Shown: positions 36,975-51,800 of the stretch, one piece after another | Position numbering within the stretch: the first letter of the stretch is position 1 | Layout: each line of letters opens with the position of its first letter | Origin: Paragordius varius | Lineage: Eukaryota > Animalia > Nematomorpha | Assembly (NCBI GenBank): GCA_964247055.1 | Contig: OZ176053.1 | Span: 13,144,001-13,208,000, forward strand | Length of the DNA: 64,000 nt | Reading direction: 5' to 3' | Notes under the pieces: generated by a model | Database searches by the model: none | Seen by the model: the letters and a program-made list of their open reading frames with translations, nothing else | Told to the model about the DNA's origin: nothing | Translations under genes and position numbers: made by a program

Positions 36975-39900
36975 ACCAATATCCGATTTTTAAGGACAAA
37001 GTTTAACTTGAGTATTGATGCGACTTATTGATACGACTAGTTTTATACATTAATTTTTAAAGTATCGTTGTGAAAATCGGATATGAAAGAGTTGGTCAAA
37101 CTATCTCTATATTTTGATGTAGTCTTGCTAAGAGAATGTATAAAAAATAATTTTGTTCACCGGTGACCAATATCCGATTTTTAAGGACAAAGTTTAACTT
37201 GAGTATTGATGCGACTAGTTTAACACATTAATTTTTAAAGTATCGTTGTAAAAATCGGATATGAAAGAGTTTGCCAAACTATCTCTATATTTATATGTAG
37301 TCCTACTAAGAGAATTTAAAAATAAATTTTGTTCACCGGTGACCAATATCCGATTTTTAAGGACAAAGTTTAACTTGAGTATTGATGCGACTTATTGATA
37401 CGACTAGTTTTATACATTAATTTATAAAGTATCGTTGTAAAAATCGGATATGAAAGAGTTTGTCAAACTATCTCTATTATTTGATGTAGTCTTGCTAAGA
37501 GAATGTATAAAAAATTATTTTGTTCACCGGTGACCAATATCCGATTTTTAAGGACAAAGTTTAACTTGAGTATTAATGCGACTAGTTTAACACATTAATT
37601 TTTAAAGTATCGTTGTAAAAATCGGATATGAAAGAGTTTGTCAAACTATCTCTATAATTTGATGTAGTCTTACTAAGAGAATGTATAAAAGATTATTTTG
37701 TTTACCGGTGACCAATATCCGATTTTTAAGGACAAAGTTTAACTTGAGTATTGATGCGACTTATTGATACGACTAGTTTTATACATTAATTTATAAAGTA
37801 TCGTTGTAAAAATCGGATATGAAAGAGGTCAAACTATCTCTATTATTTGATGTAGTCTTGCTAAGAGAATGTATAAAAAATTATTTTGTTCACCGGTGAC
37901 CAATATACGATTTTTAAGGACAAAGTTAAACTTGAGTATTCATGCGACTAGTTTAATACATTAATTTTTAAAGTATCGTTGTAAAAATCGGATATGAAAG
38001 AGTTTGTCAAACTATCTCTATATTTTGATGTAGTCTTACTAAGAGAATGTATAAAAAATTATTTTGTTCACCGGGGACCAATATCCGATTTTTAAGGACA
38101 AAGTTTAACTTGAGTATTAATGCGACTAGTTTAACACATTAATTTTTAAAGTATCGTTGTAAAAATCGGATATGAAAGAGTTTGTCAAAATATCTCTATA
38201 TTTTGATGTAGTCTTACTAAAATGTATAAAAAATAATTTTGTTCACCGGTGACCAATATCCGATTTTTAAGGACAAAGTGTAACTTGAGTATTGATGCGA
38301 CTGGTTATACCATAATTTTTAAAGTATCGTTGTAAAAATCGGATATGAAAGAGTTTGTCAAACTATCTCTATAATTTGATGTAGTCTTACTAAGAGAATG
38401 TATAAAAGATTATTTTGTTCACCGGTGACAATATCCGATTTTTAAGGACAAAGTTTAACTTGAGTATTGATGCGACTTATTGATACGACTAGTTTTATAC
38501 ATTAATTTATAAAGTATCGTTGTAAAAATCGGATATGAAAGAGTTTGTCAAACTATCTCTATTATTTGATGTAGTCTTGCTAAGAGAATGTATAAAAAAT
38601 TATTTTGTTCACCGGTGACCAATATCCGATTTTTAAGGACAAAGTTTAACTTGAGTATTGATGCGACTAGTTTAATACATTAATTTTTAAAGTATCGTTG
38701 TAAAAATCGGATATGAAAGAGTTTGTCAAACTATCTCTATATTTTGATGTAGTCTTACTAAGAGAATGTATAAAAAATTATTTTGTTCACCGGAGACCAA
38801 TATCCGATTTTTAAGGATAAGTTTAACTTGAGTATCGATGCGACTTATTGATACGACTAGTTTTATACATTAATTTATAAAGTATCGTTGTAAAAATCGG
38901 ATATGAAAGAGTTTGTCAAACTATCTCTATTATTTGATGTAGTCTTACTAAGAGAATGTATAAAAAATAATTTTGTTCACCGGTGACCAATATCCGATTT
39001 TTAAGGACAAAGTTTAACTTGAGTATTGATGCGACTAGTTTAATACATTAATTTTTAAAGTATCGTTGTAAAAATCGGATATGAAACAGTTTGTCAAACT
39101 ATCTCTATATTTTGATGTAGTCTTACTAAGAGAATGTATAAAAAATTATTTGGTTCACCGGGGACCAATATCCGATTTTTAAGGACAAAGTTTAACTTGA
39201 GTAATCTAGCGACTAGTTTAATACATTAATTTTTAAAGTATCGTTGTAAAAATCGGATATGGAAAGAGTTTGTCAAACTATCTCTATATTTTGATGTAGT
39301 CTTACTAAGAGAATGTATAAAAAATTATTTTGTTCACCGGTGACCAATATCCGATTTTTAAGGACAAAGTTTAACTTGAGTATTAATGCGACTAGTTTAA
39401 CACATTAATTTTTAAAGTATCGTTGTAAAAATCGGATATGAAAGAGTTTGTCAAAATATCTCTATATTTTGATGTAGTCTTACTAAGAGAATGTATAAAA
39501 AATAATTTTGTTCACCGGTGACCAATATCCGATTTTTAAGGACAAAGTTTAACTTGAGTATTGATGCGACTGGTTATACCATAATTTTTAAAGTATCGTT
39601 GTAAAAATCGGATATGAAAGAGTTTGTCAAACTATCTCTATAATTTGATGTAGTCTTACTAAGAGAATGTATAAAAGATTATTTTGTTCACCGGTGACCA
39701 ATATCCGATTTTTAAGGACAAAGTTTTACTTGAGTATTGATGCGACTTATTGATACGACTAGTTTTATACATTAATTTATAAAGTATCGTTGTAAAAATC
39801 GGATATGAAAGAGTTTGTCAAACTATCTCTATTATTTGATGTAGTCTTGCTAAGAGAATGTATAAAAAATTATTTTGTTCACTGGTGACCAATATCCGAT

Positions 39901-42900
39901 TTTTAAGGACAAAGTTTAACTTGAGTATTGATGCGACTAGTTTAATACATTAATTTTTAAAGTATCGTTGTAAAAATCGGATATGAAAGAGTTTGTCAAA
40001 CTATCTCTATTATTTGATGTAGTCTTGCTAAGAGAATGTATAAAAAATTATTTTGTTCACCGGTGACCAATATCCGATTTTTAAGGACAAAGTTTAACTT
40101 GAGTATTGATGCGACTAGTTTAATACATTAATTTTTAAAGTATCGTTGTAAAAATCAGATATGGAAAGAGTTTGTCAAACTATCTCTATATTTTGATGTA
40201 GTCTTACTAAGAAAATGTATAAAAAATTATTTTGTTCACCGGTGACCAATATCCGATTTTTAAGGACAAAGTTTAACTTGAGTATTGATGCGACTTATTG
40301 ATACGACTAGTTTTATACATTAATTTATAAAGTATCGTTGTAAAAATCGGATATGAAAGTATTTGTCAAACTATCTCTATAATTTGATGTAGTCTTACTA
40401 AGAGAATGTATAAAAGATTATTTTGTTCACCGGTGACCAATATCCGATTTTTAAGGACAAAGTTTAACTTGAGTATTGATGCGACTTATTGATACGACTA
40501 GTTTTATACATTAATTTTTAAAGTATCGTTGTGAAAATCGGATATGAAAGAGTTGGTCAAACTATCTCTATATTTTGATGTAGTCTTGCTAAGAGAATGT
40601 ATAAAAAATAATTTTGTTCACCGGTGACCAATATCCGATTTTTAAGGACAAAGTTTAACTTGAGTATTGATGCGACTAGTTTAACACATTAATTTTTAAA
40701 GTATCGTTGTAAAAATCGGATATGAAAGAGTTTGCCAAACTATCTCTATATTTATATGTAGTCCTACTAAGAGAATTTAAAAATAAATTTTGTTCACCGG
40801 TGACCAATATCCGATTTTTAAGGACAAAGTTTAACTTGAGTATTGATGCGACTTATTGATACGACTAGTTTTATACATTAATTTATAAAGTATCGTTGTA
40901 AAAATCGGATATGAAAGAGTTTGTCAAACTATCTCTATTATTTGATGTAGTCTTGCTAAGAGAATGTATAAAAAATTATTTTGTTCACCGGTGACCAATA
41001 TCCGATTTTTAAGGACAAAGTTTAACTTGAGTATTAATGCGACTAGTTTAACACATTAATTTTTAAAGTATCGTTGTAAAAATCGGATATGAAAGAGTTT
41101 GTCAAACTATCTCTATAATTTGATGTAGTCTTACTAAGAGAATGTATAAAAGATTATTTTGTTTACCGGTGACCAATATCCGATTTTTAAGGACAAAGTT
41201 TAACTTGAGTATTGATGCGACTTATTGATACGACTAGTTTTATACATTAATTTATAAAGTATCGTTGTAAAAATCGGATATGAAAGAGGTCAAACTATCT
41301 CTATTATTTGATGTAGTCTTGCTAAGAGAATGTATAAAAAATTATTTTGTTCACCGGTGACCAATATACGATTTTTAAGGACAAAGTTAAACTTGAGTAT
41401 TCATGCGACTAGTTTAATACATTAATTTTTAAAGTATCGTTGTAAAAATCGGATATGAAAGAGTTTGTCAAACTATCTCTATATTTTGATGTAGTCTTAC
41501 TAAGAGAATGTATAAAAAATTATTTTGTTCACCGGGGACCAATATCCGATTTTTAAGGACAAAGTTTAACTTGAGTATTAATGCGACTAGTTTAACACAT
41601 TAATTTTTAAAGTATCGTTGTAAAAATCGGATATGAAAGAGTTTGTCAAAATATCTCTATATTTTGATGTAGTCTTACTAAAATGTATAAAAAATAATTT
41701 TGTTCACCGGTGACCAATATCCGATTTTTAAGGACAAAGTGTAACTTGAGTATTGATGCGACTGGTTATACCATAATTTTTAAAGTATCGTTGTAAAAAT
41801 CGGATATGAAAGAGTTTGTCAAACTATCTCTATAATTTGATGTAGTCTTACTAAGAGAATGTATAAAAGATTATTTTGTTCACCGGTGACAATATCCGAT
41901 TTTTAAGGACAAAGTTTAACTTGAGTATTGATGCGACTTATTGATACGACTAGTTTTATACATTAATTTATAAAGTATCGTTGTAAAAATCGGATATGAA
42001 AGAGTTTGTCAAACTATCTCTATTATTTGATGTAGTCTTGCTAAGAGAATGTATAAAAAATTATTTTGTTCACCGGTGACCAATATCCGATTTTTAAGGA
42101 CAAAGTTTAACTTGAGTATTGATGCGACTAGTTTAATACATTAATTTTTAAAGTATCGTTGTAAAAATCGGATATGAAAGAGTTTGTCAAACTATCTCTA
42201 TATTTTGATGTAGTCTTACTAAGAGAATGTATAAAAAATTATTTTGTTCACCGGAGACCAATATCCGATTTTTAAGGATAAGTTTAACTTGAGTATCGAT
42301 GCGACTTATTGATACGACTAGTTTTATACATTAATTTATAAAGTATCGTTGTAAAAATCGGATATGAAAGAGTTTGTCAAACTATCTCTATTATTTGATG
42401 TAGTCTTACTAAGAGAATGTATAAAAAATAATTTTGTTCACCGGTGACCAATATCCGATTTTTAAGGACAAAGTTTAACTTGAGTATTGATGCGACTAGT
42501 TTAATACATTAATTTTTAAAGTATCGTTGTAAAAATCGGATATGAAACAGTTTGTCAAACTATCTCTATATTTTGATGTAGTCTTACTAAGAGAATGTAT
42601 AAAAAATTATTTGGTTCACCGGGGACCAATATCCGATTTTTAAGGACAAAGTTTAACTTGAGTAATCTAGCGACTAGTTTAATACATTAATTTTTAAAGT
42701 ATCGTTGTAAAAATCGGATATGGAAAGAGTTTGTCAAACTATCTCTATATTTTGATGTAGTCTTACTAAGAGAATGTATAAAAAATTATTTTGTTCACCG
42801 GTGACCAATATCCGATTTTTAAGGACAAAGTTTAACTTGAGTATTAATGCGACTAGTTTAACACATTAATTTTTAAAGTATCGTTGTAAAAATCGGATAT

Positions 42901-43976
42901 GAAAGAGTTTGTCAAAATATCTCTATATTTTGATGTAGTCTTACTAAGAGAATGTATAAAAAATAATTTTGTTCACCGGTGACCAATATCCGATTTTTAA
43001 GGACAAAGTTTAACTTGAGTATTGATGCGACTGGTTATACCATAATTTTTAAAGTATCGTTGTAAAAATCGGATATGAAAGAGTTTGTCAAACTATCTCT
43101 ATAATTTGATGTAGTCTTACTAAGAGAATGTATAAAAGATTATTTTGTTCACCGGTGACCAATATCCGATTTTTAAGGACAAAGTTTTACTTGAGTATTG
43201 ATGCGACTTATTGATACGACTAGTTTTATACATTAATTTATAAAGTATCGTTGTAAAAATCGGATATGAAAGAGTTTGTCAAACTATCTCTATTATTTGA
43301 TGTAGTCTTGCTAAGAGAATGTATAAAAAATTATTTTGTTCACTGGTGACCAATATCCGATTTTTAAGGACAAAGTTTAACTTGAGTATTGATGCGACTA
43401 GTTTAATACATTAATTTTTAAAGTATCGTTGTAAAAATCGGATATGAAAGAGTTTGTCAAACTATCTCTATTATTTGATGTAGTCTTGCTAAGAGAATGT
43501 ATAAAAAATTATTTTGTTCACCGGTGACCAATATCCGATTTTTAAGGACAAAGTTTAACTTGAGTATTGATGCGACTAGTTTAATACATTAATTTTTAAA
43601 GTATCGTTGTAAAAATCAGATATGGAAAGAGTTTGTCAAACTATCTCTATATTTTGATGTAGTCTTACTAAGAAAATGTATAAAAAATTATTTTGTTCAC
43701 CGGTGACCAATATCCGATTTTTAAGGACAAAGTTTAACTTGAGTATTGATGCGACTTATTGATACGACTAGTTTTATACATTAATTTATAAAGTATCGTT
43801 GTAAAAATCGGATATGAAAGTATTTGTCAAACTATCTCTATAATTTGATGTAGTCTTACTAAGAGAATGTATAAAAGATTATTTTGTTCACCGGTGACCA
43901 ATATCCGATTTTTAAGGACAAAGTTTAACTTGAGTATTGATGCGACTTATTGATACGACTAGTTTTATACATTAAT
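36975..43976 (+). repeat. Tandem higher-order repeat, 19 monomers, period 3461 bp, 2 near-identical copies
   Basis: The rare indels GAAAGAGGTC (37821/41282), TTACTAAAATGT, GGTGACAATAT, TTTTACT and GAAAGTATT all recur at 3461. Confidence 0.92.
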
Positions 43977-46900
43977 TTATAAAGTATCGTTGTAAAAATC
44001 GGATATGAAAGAGTTTGTCAAACTATCTCTATTATTTGATGTAGTCTTGCTAAGAGAATGTATAAAAAATTATTTTGTTCACCGGTGACCAATATCCGAT
44101 TTTTAAGGACAAAGTTTAACTTGAGTATTGATGCGACTAGTTTAATACATTAATTTTTAAAGTATCGTTGTAAAAATCGGATATGAAAGAGTTTGTCAAA
44201 CTATCTCTATATTTTGATGTAGTCTTACTAAGAGAATGTATAAAAAATTATTTTGTTCACCGGGGACCAATATCCGATTTTTAAGGATAAGTTTAACTTG
44301 AGTATTGATGCGACTTATTGATACGACTAGTTTTATACATTAATTTATAAAGTATCGTTGTAAAAATCGGATATGAAAGAGTTTGTCAAAATATCTCTAT
44401 TATTTGATGTAGTCTTACTAAGAGAATGTATAAAAAATAATTTTGTTCACCGGTGACCAATATCCGATTTTTAAGGACAAAGTTTAACTTGAGTTTTGAT
44501 GCGACTAGTTTTATACATTAATTTTTAAAGTATCGTTGTAAAAATCGGATATGAAAGAGTTTGTCAAACTATCTCTATATTTTGATGTAGTCTTACTAAG
44601 AGAATGTATAAAATATAATTTTGTTCACCGGTGACCAATATCCGATTTTTAAGGACAAAGTTTAACTTGAGTATTGATGCGACTAGTTTAACACATTAAT
44701 TTTTAAAGTATCGTTGTAAAAATCGGATATGGAAAGAGTTTGTCAAACTATCTCTATATTTTGATGTAGTCTTACTAAGAGAATGTATAAAAAATTATTT
44801 TGTTCACCGGTGACCAATATCCGATTTTTAAGGACAAAGTTTAACTTGAGTATTAATGCGACTAGTTTAACACATTAATTTTTAAAGTATCGTTGTAAAA
44901 ATCGGATATGAAAGAGTTTGTCAAAATATCTCTATATTTTGATGTAGTCTTACTAAGAGAATGTATAAAAAATAATTTTGTTCACCGGTGACCAATATCC
45001 GATTTTTAAGGACAAAGTTTAACTTGAGTATTGATGCGACTGGTTATACCATAATTTTTAAAGTATCGTTGTAAAAATCGGATATGAAAGAGTTTGTCAA
45101 ACTATCTCTATAATTTGATGTAGTCTTACTAAGAGAATGTAAAAAAGATTATTTTGTTCACCGGTGACCAATATCCGATTTTTAAGGACAAAGTTTAACT
45201 TGAGTATTGATGCGACTTATTGATACGACTAGTTTTATACATTAATTTATAAAGTATCGTTGTAAAAATCGGATATGAAAGAGTTTGTCAAACTATCTCT
45301 ATTATTTGATGTAGTCTTGCTAAGAGAATGTATAAAAAATTATTTTGTTCACCGGTGACCAATATCCGATTTTTAAGGACAAAGTTTAACTTGAGTATTG
45401 ATGCGACTAGTTTAATACATTAATTTTTAAAGTATCGTTGTAAAAATCGGATATGAAAGAGTTTGTCAAACTATCTCTATTATTTGATGTAGTCTTGCTA
45501 AGAGAATGTATAAAAAATTATTTTGTTCACCGGTGACCAATATCCGATTTTTAAGGACAAAGTTTAACTTGAGTATTGATGCGACTAGTTTAATACATTA
45601 ATTTTTAAAGTATCGTTGTAAAAATCAGATATGGAAAGAGTTTGTCAAACTATCTCTATATTTTGATGTAGTCTTACTAAGAAAATGTATAAAAAATTAT
45701 TTTGTTCACCGGTGACCAATATCCGATTTTTAAGGACAAAGTTTAACTTGAGTATTGATGCGACTTATTGATACGACTAGTTTTATACATTAATTTATAA
45801 AGTATCGTTGTAAAAATCGGATATGAAAGAGTTTGTCAAACTATCTCTATAATTTGATGTAGTCTTACTAAGAGAATGTATAAAAGATTATTTTGTTCAT
45901 CGGTGACCAATATCCGATTTTTAAGGACAAAGTTTAACTTGAGTATTGATGCGACTAGTTTAATACATTAATTTTTAAAGTATCGTTGTAAAAATCGGAT
46001 ATGAAAGAGTTTGTCAAACTATCTCTATTATTTGATGTAGTCTTGCTAAGAGAATGTATAAAAAATTATTTTGTTCACCGGTGACCAATATCCGATTTTT
46101 AAGGACAAAGTTTAACTTGAGTATTGATGCGACTAGTTTAATACATTAATTTTTAAAGTATCGTTGTAAAAATCAGATATGGAAAGAGTTTTTCAAACTA
46201 TCTCTATATTTTGATGTAGTCTTACTAAGAAAATGTATAAAAAATTATTTTGTTCACCGGTGACCAATATCCGATTTTTAAGGACAAAGTTTAACTTGAG
46301 TATTGATGCGACTTATTGATACGACTAGTTTTATACATTAATTTATAAAGTATCGTTGTAAAAATCGGATATGAAAGAGTTTGTCAAACTATCTCTATAA
46401 TTTGATGTAGTCTTACTAAGAGAATGTATAAAAGATTATTTTGTTCACCGGTGACCAATATCCGATTTTTAAGGACAAAGTTTAACTTGAGTATTGATGC
46501 GACTTATTGATACGACTAGTTTTATACATTAATTTATAAAGTATCGTTGTAAAAATCGGATATGAAAGAGTTTGTCAAACTATCTCTATTATTTGATGTA
46601 GTCTTGCTAAGAGAATGTATAAAAAATTATTTTGTTCACCGGTGACCAATATCCGATTTTTAAGGACAAAGTTTAACTTGAGTATTGATGCGACTAGTTT
46701 AATACATTAATTTTTAAAGTATCGTTGTAAAAATCGGATATGAAAGAGTTTGTCAAACTATCTCTATATTTTGATGTAGTCTTACTAAGAGAATGTATAA
46801 AAAATTATTTTGTTCACCGGGGACCAATATCCGATTTTTAAGGATAAGTTTAACTTGAGTATTGATGCGACTTATTGATACGACTAGTTTTATACATTAA

Positions 46901-48837
46901 TTTATAAAGTATCGTTGTAAAAATCGGATATGAAAGAGTTTGTCAAAATATCTCTATTATTTGATGTAGTCTTACTAAGAGAATGTATAAAAAATAATTT
47001 TGTTCACCGGTGACCAATATCCGATTTTTAAGGACAAAGTTTAACTTGAGTTTTGATGCGACTGGTTTAATACCATAATTTTTAAAGTATCGTTGTACAA
47101 TCCGGATATGAAAGAGTTTGTCAAACTATCTTTATATTTTGATGTAGTCTTACTAAGAAAATGTATAAAAAACTATTTTGTTCACCGGTGACCAATATCC
47201 GATTTTTAAGGACAAAGTTTAACTTGAGTATTGATGCGACTAGTTTAATACATTAATTTTTAAAGTATCGTTGTAAAAATCGGATATGGAAAGAGTTTGT
47301 CAAACTATCTCTATATTTTGATGTAGTCCTACTAAGAGAATGTATAAAAAATAATTTTGTTCACCGGTGACCAATATCCGATTTTTAAGGACAAAGTTTA
47401 ACTTGAGTAATCATGCGACTAGTTTTATACATTAATTTTTAAAGTATCGTTGTAAAAATCGGATATGGAAAGAGTTTGTCAAACTATCTCTATATTTTGA
47501 TGTAGTCTTACTAAGAGAATGTATAAAAAAATATTTTGTTCACCGGGGACCAATATCCGATTTTTAAGGACAAAGTTTAACTTGAGTATTGATGCGACTT
47601 ATTGATACGATTAGTTTTATACATTAATTTATAAAGTATTGTTGTAATAATCGGATATGAAAGAGTTCGTCAAACTATCTCTATATTTTGATGTAGTCTT
47701 ACTAAGAGAATGTATAAAAAATTATTTTGTTCACCGGTGACCAATATCCGATTTTTAAGGACAAAGTTTAACTTGAGTATTGATACGATTAATTGATACG
47801 ACTAGTTTTATACATTAATTTTTAAAGTATCGTTGTAAAAATCGGATATTAAAGAGTTTGTCAAACTATCTCTATATTTTGATGTAGTCTTACTAAGAGA
47901 ATGTATAAAAAATAATTTTGTTCACCAGTGACCAATATCCTATTTTTAAGGACAAAGTTTAACTTGAGTATTGATGCGACTAGTTTAACACATTAATTTT
48001 TAAAGTATCGTTGTAAAAATCGGATATGAAAGAGTTTGTCAAACTATCTCTATATTTTGATGTAGTCTTACTAAGAGAATATATAAAAAATAATTTTGTT
48101 CACCGGTGACCAATATCCGATTTTTAAGGACAAAGTTTAACTTGAGTATTGATGCGACTAGTTTAATACATTAATTTTTAAAGTATCGTTGTAAAAATCG
48201 GATATGAAAGAGTTTGTCAAACTATCTCTATATTTTGATGTAGTCTTACTAAGAGAATGTATAAAAAATTATTTTGTTCACCGGGGACCAATATCCGATT
48301 TTTAAGGACAAAGTTTAACTTGAGTAATCATGCGACTAGTTTTAGACATTAATTTTTAAAGTATTGTTGTAAAAATCGCATATGAAAGAGTTTGCCAAAC
48401 TATCTCTATATTTATATGTAGTCCTACTAAGAGAATGTATAAAAAAATTTTGTTCACCAGTGACCAATATCCGATTTTTAAGGACAAAGTTTAACTTGAG
48501 GTATGATGCGACTTATTGATACGATTAGTTTTATACATTAATTTATAAAGTATTGTTGTAATAATCGGATATGGAAAGAGTTTGTCAAACTATCTCTATA
48601 TTTTGATGTAGTCTTACTAAGAGAATGTATAAAAAATTATTTTGTTCACCGGTGACCAATATCCGATTTATAAGGATTAAGTTTAACTTGAGTATTGATG
48701 CGACTTATTGATACGATTAGTTTTATACATTAATTTATAAAGTATTGTTGTAATAATCGGATATGAAAGAGTTTGTCAAACTATCTCTATATTTTGATGT
48801 AATCTTGCTAAGAGAATGTATAAAAAATAATTTTGTT

Positions 48838-51800
48838 CACCGGTGACCAATATCCGATTTTTCAGGACAAAGTTTAACTTGAATATTGATGCGACTAGTT
48901 TAATACATTAATTTTTAAAGTATAGTTGTAAAAATCGGATATGAAAGAGTTTGTCAAACTATCTCTATATCTTGATGTAGTCTTACTAAGAGAATGTATA
49001 AAAAATAATTTTGTTCACCGGTGACCAATATCCGATTTTTAAGGACAAAGTTTAACGTGAGTATTGATACGATTTATTGATACGACTAGTTTTATACATT
49101 AATTTTTAAAGTATCGTTGTAAAAATCGAATATGAAAGAGTTTGTCAAACTATCTCTATATTTTGATGTAGTCTTACTAAGAGAATGTATAAAAAATAAT
49201 TTTGTTCACCGGTGACCAATATCCGATTTTTAAGGACAAAGTTTAACTTGAGTATTGATGCGACTAGTTTAACACATTAATTTTTAAAGTATCGTTGTAA
49301 AATCGGATATGAAAGAGTTTGTCAAACTATCTCTAATATTTGATGTAGTCTTACTAAGAGAATGTATAAAAAATAATTTTGTTCACCGGTGACCAATATC
49401 CGATTTTTAAGGACAAAGTTTAACTTGAGTATTGATGCGACTAGTTTAATACATTAATTTTTAAAGTATCGTTGTACAATCGGATATGAAAGAGTTTGTC
49501 AAACTATCTCTATATTTTGATGTAGTCTTACTAAGAGAATGTATAAAAAATTATTTTGTTCACCGGGGACCAATATCCGATTTTTAAGGACAAAGTTTAA
49601 CTTGAGTAATCATGCGACTAGTTTTATACATTAATTTTTAAAGTATTGTTGTAAAAATCGGATATGAAAGAGTTTGCCAAACTATCTCTATATTTATATG
49701 TAGTCCTACTAAGAGAATGTATAAAAAAAATTTTGCTCACCGGTGACCAATATCCGATTTTTAAGGACAAAGTTTAACTTGAGTATTGATGCGACTTATT
49801 GATACGACTAGTTTATACATTAATTTATAAAGTATCGTTGTAAAAATCGGATATGAAAGAGTTTGTCAAACTATCTCTATTATTTGATGTAGTCTTGCTA
49901 AGAGAATGTATAAAAAATTATTTTGTTCACCGGTGACCAATATCCGATTTTTAAGGACAAAGTTTAACTTGAGTATTGATGCGACTAGTTTAATACATTA
50001 ATTTTTAAAGTATCGTTGTAAAAATCGGATATGAAAGAGTTTGTCAAACTATCTCTATATTTTGATGTAGTCTTACTAAGAGAATGTATAAAAAATTATT
50101 TTGTTCACCGGGGACCAATATCCGATTTTTAAGGATAAGTTTAACTTGAGTATTGATGCGACTTATTGATACGACTAGTTTTATACATTAATTTATAAAG
50201 TATCGTTGTAAAAATCGGATATGAAAGAGTTTGTCAAAATATCTCTATTATTTGATGTAGTCTTACTAAGAGAATGTATAAAAAATAATTTTGTTCACCG
50301 GTGACCAATATCCGATTTTTAAGGACAAAGTTTAACTTGAGTTTTGATGCGACTGGTTTAATACCATAATTTTTAAAGTATCGTTGTACAATCCGGATAT
50401 GAAAAGAGTTTGTCAAACTATCTTTATATTTTGATGTAGTCTTACTAAGAAAATGTATAAAAAACTATTTTGTTCACCGGTGACCAATATCCGATTTTTA
50501 AGGACAAAGTTTAACTTGAGTATTGATGCGACTAGTTTAATACATTAATTTTTAAAGTATCGTTGTAAAAATCGGATATGGAAAGAGTTTGTCAAACTAT
50601 CTCTATATTTTGATGTAGTCTTACTAAGAAAATTTATAAAAAATTATTTTGTTCACCGGTGACCAATATCCGATTTTTAAGGACAAAGTTTAACTTGAGT
50701 ATTGATGCGACTAGTTTAATACATTAATTTTTAAAGTATCGTTGTAAAAATCAGATATGGAAAGAGTTTGTCAAACTATCTCTATATTTTGATGTAGTCT
50801 TACTAAGAAAATGTATAAAAAATTATTTTGTTCACCGGTGACCAATATCCGATTTTTAAGGACAAAGTTTAACTTGAGTATTGATGCGACTAGTTTAATA
50901 CATTAATTTTTAAAGTATCGTTGTAAAAATCGGATATGGAAAGAGTTTGTCAAACTATCTCTATATTTTGATGTAGTCTTACTAAGAGAATGTATAAAAA
51001 AATATTTTGTTCACCGGGGACCAATATCCGATTTTTAAGGACAAAGTTTAACTTGAGTATTGATGCGACTTATTGATACGATTAGTTTTATACATTAATT
51101 TATAAAGTATTGTTGTAATAATCGGATATGAAAGAGTTTGTCAAACTATCTCTATATTTTGATGTAATCTTGCTAAGAGAATGTATAAAAAATAATTTTG
51201 TTCACCGGTGACCAATATCCGATTTTTCAGGACAAAGTTTAACTTGAATATTGATGCGACTAGTTTAATACATTAATTTTTAAAGTATAGTTGTAAAAAT
51301 CGGATATGAAAGAGTTTGTCAAACTATCTCTATATTTTGATGTAGTCTTACTAAGAGAATGTATAAAAAATAATTTTTTTCACCGGTGACCAATATCCGA
51401 TTTTTAAGGACAAAGTTTAACGTGAGTATTGATACGATTTATTGATACGACTAGTTTTATACATTAATTTTTAAAGTATCGTTGTAAAAATCGAATATGA
51501 AAGAGTTTGTCAAACTATCTCTATATTTTGATGTAGTCTTACTAAGAGAATGTATAAAAAATAATTTTGTTCACCGGTGACCAATATCCGATTTTTAAGG
51601 ACAAAGTTTAACTTGAGTATTGATGCGACTAGTTTAACACATTAATTTTTAAAGTATCGTTGTAAAATCGGATATGAAAGAGTTTGTCAAACTATCTCTA
51701 ATATTTGATGTAGTCTTACTAAGAGAATGTATAAAAAATAATTTTGTTCACCGGGGACCAATATCCGATTTTTAAGGACAAAGTTTAACTTGAGTAATCA

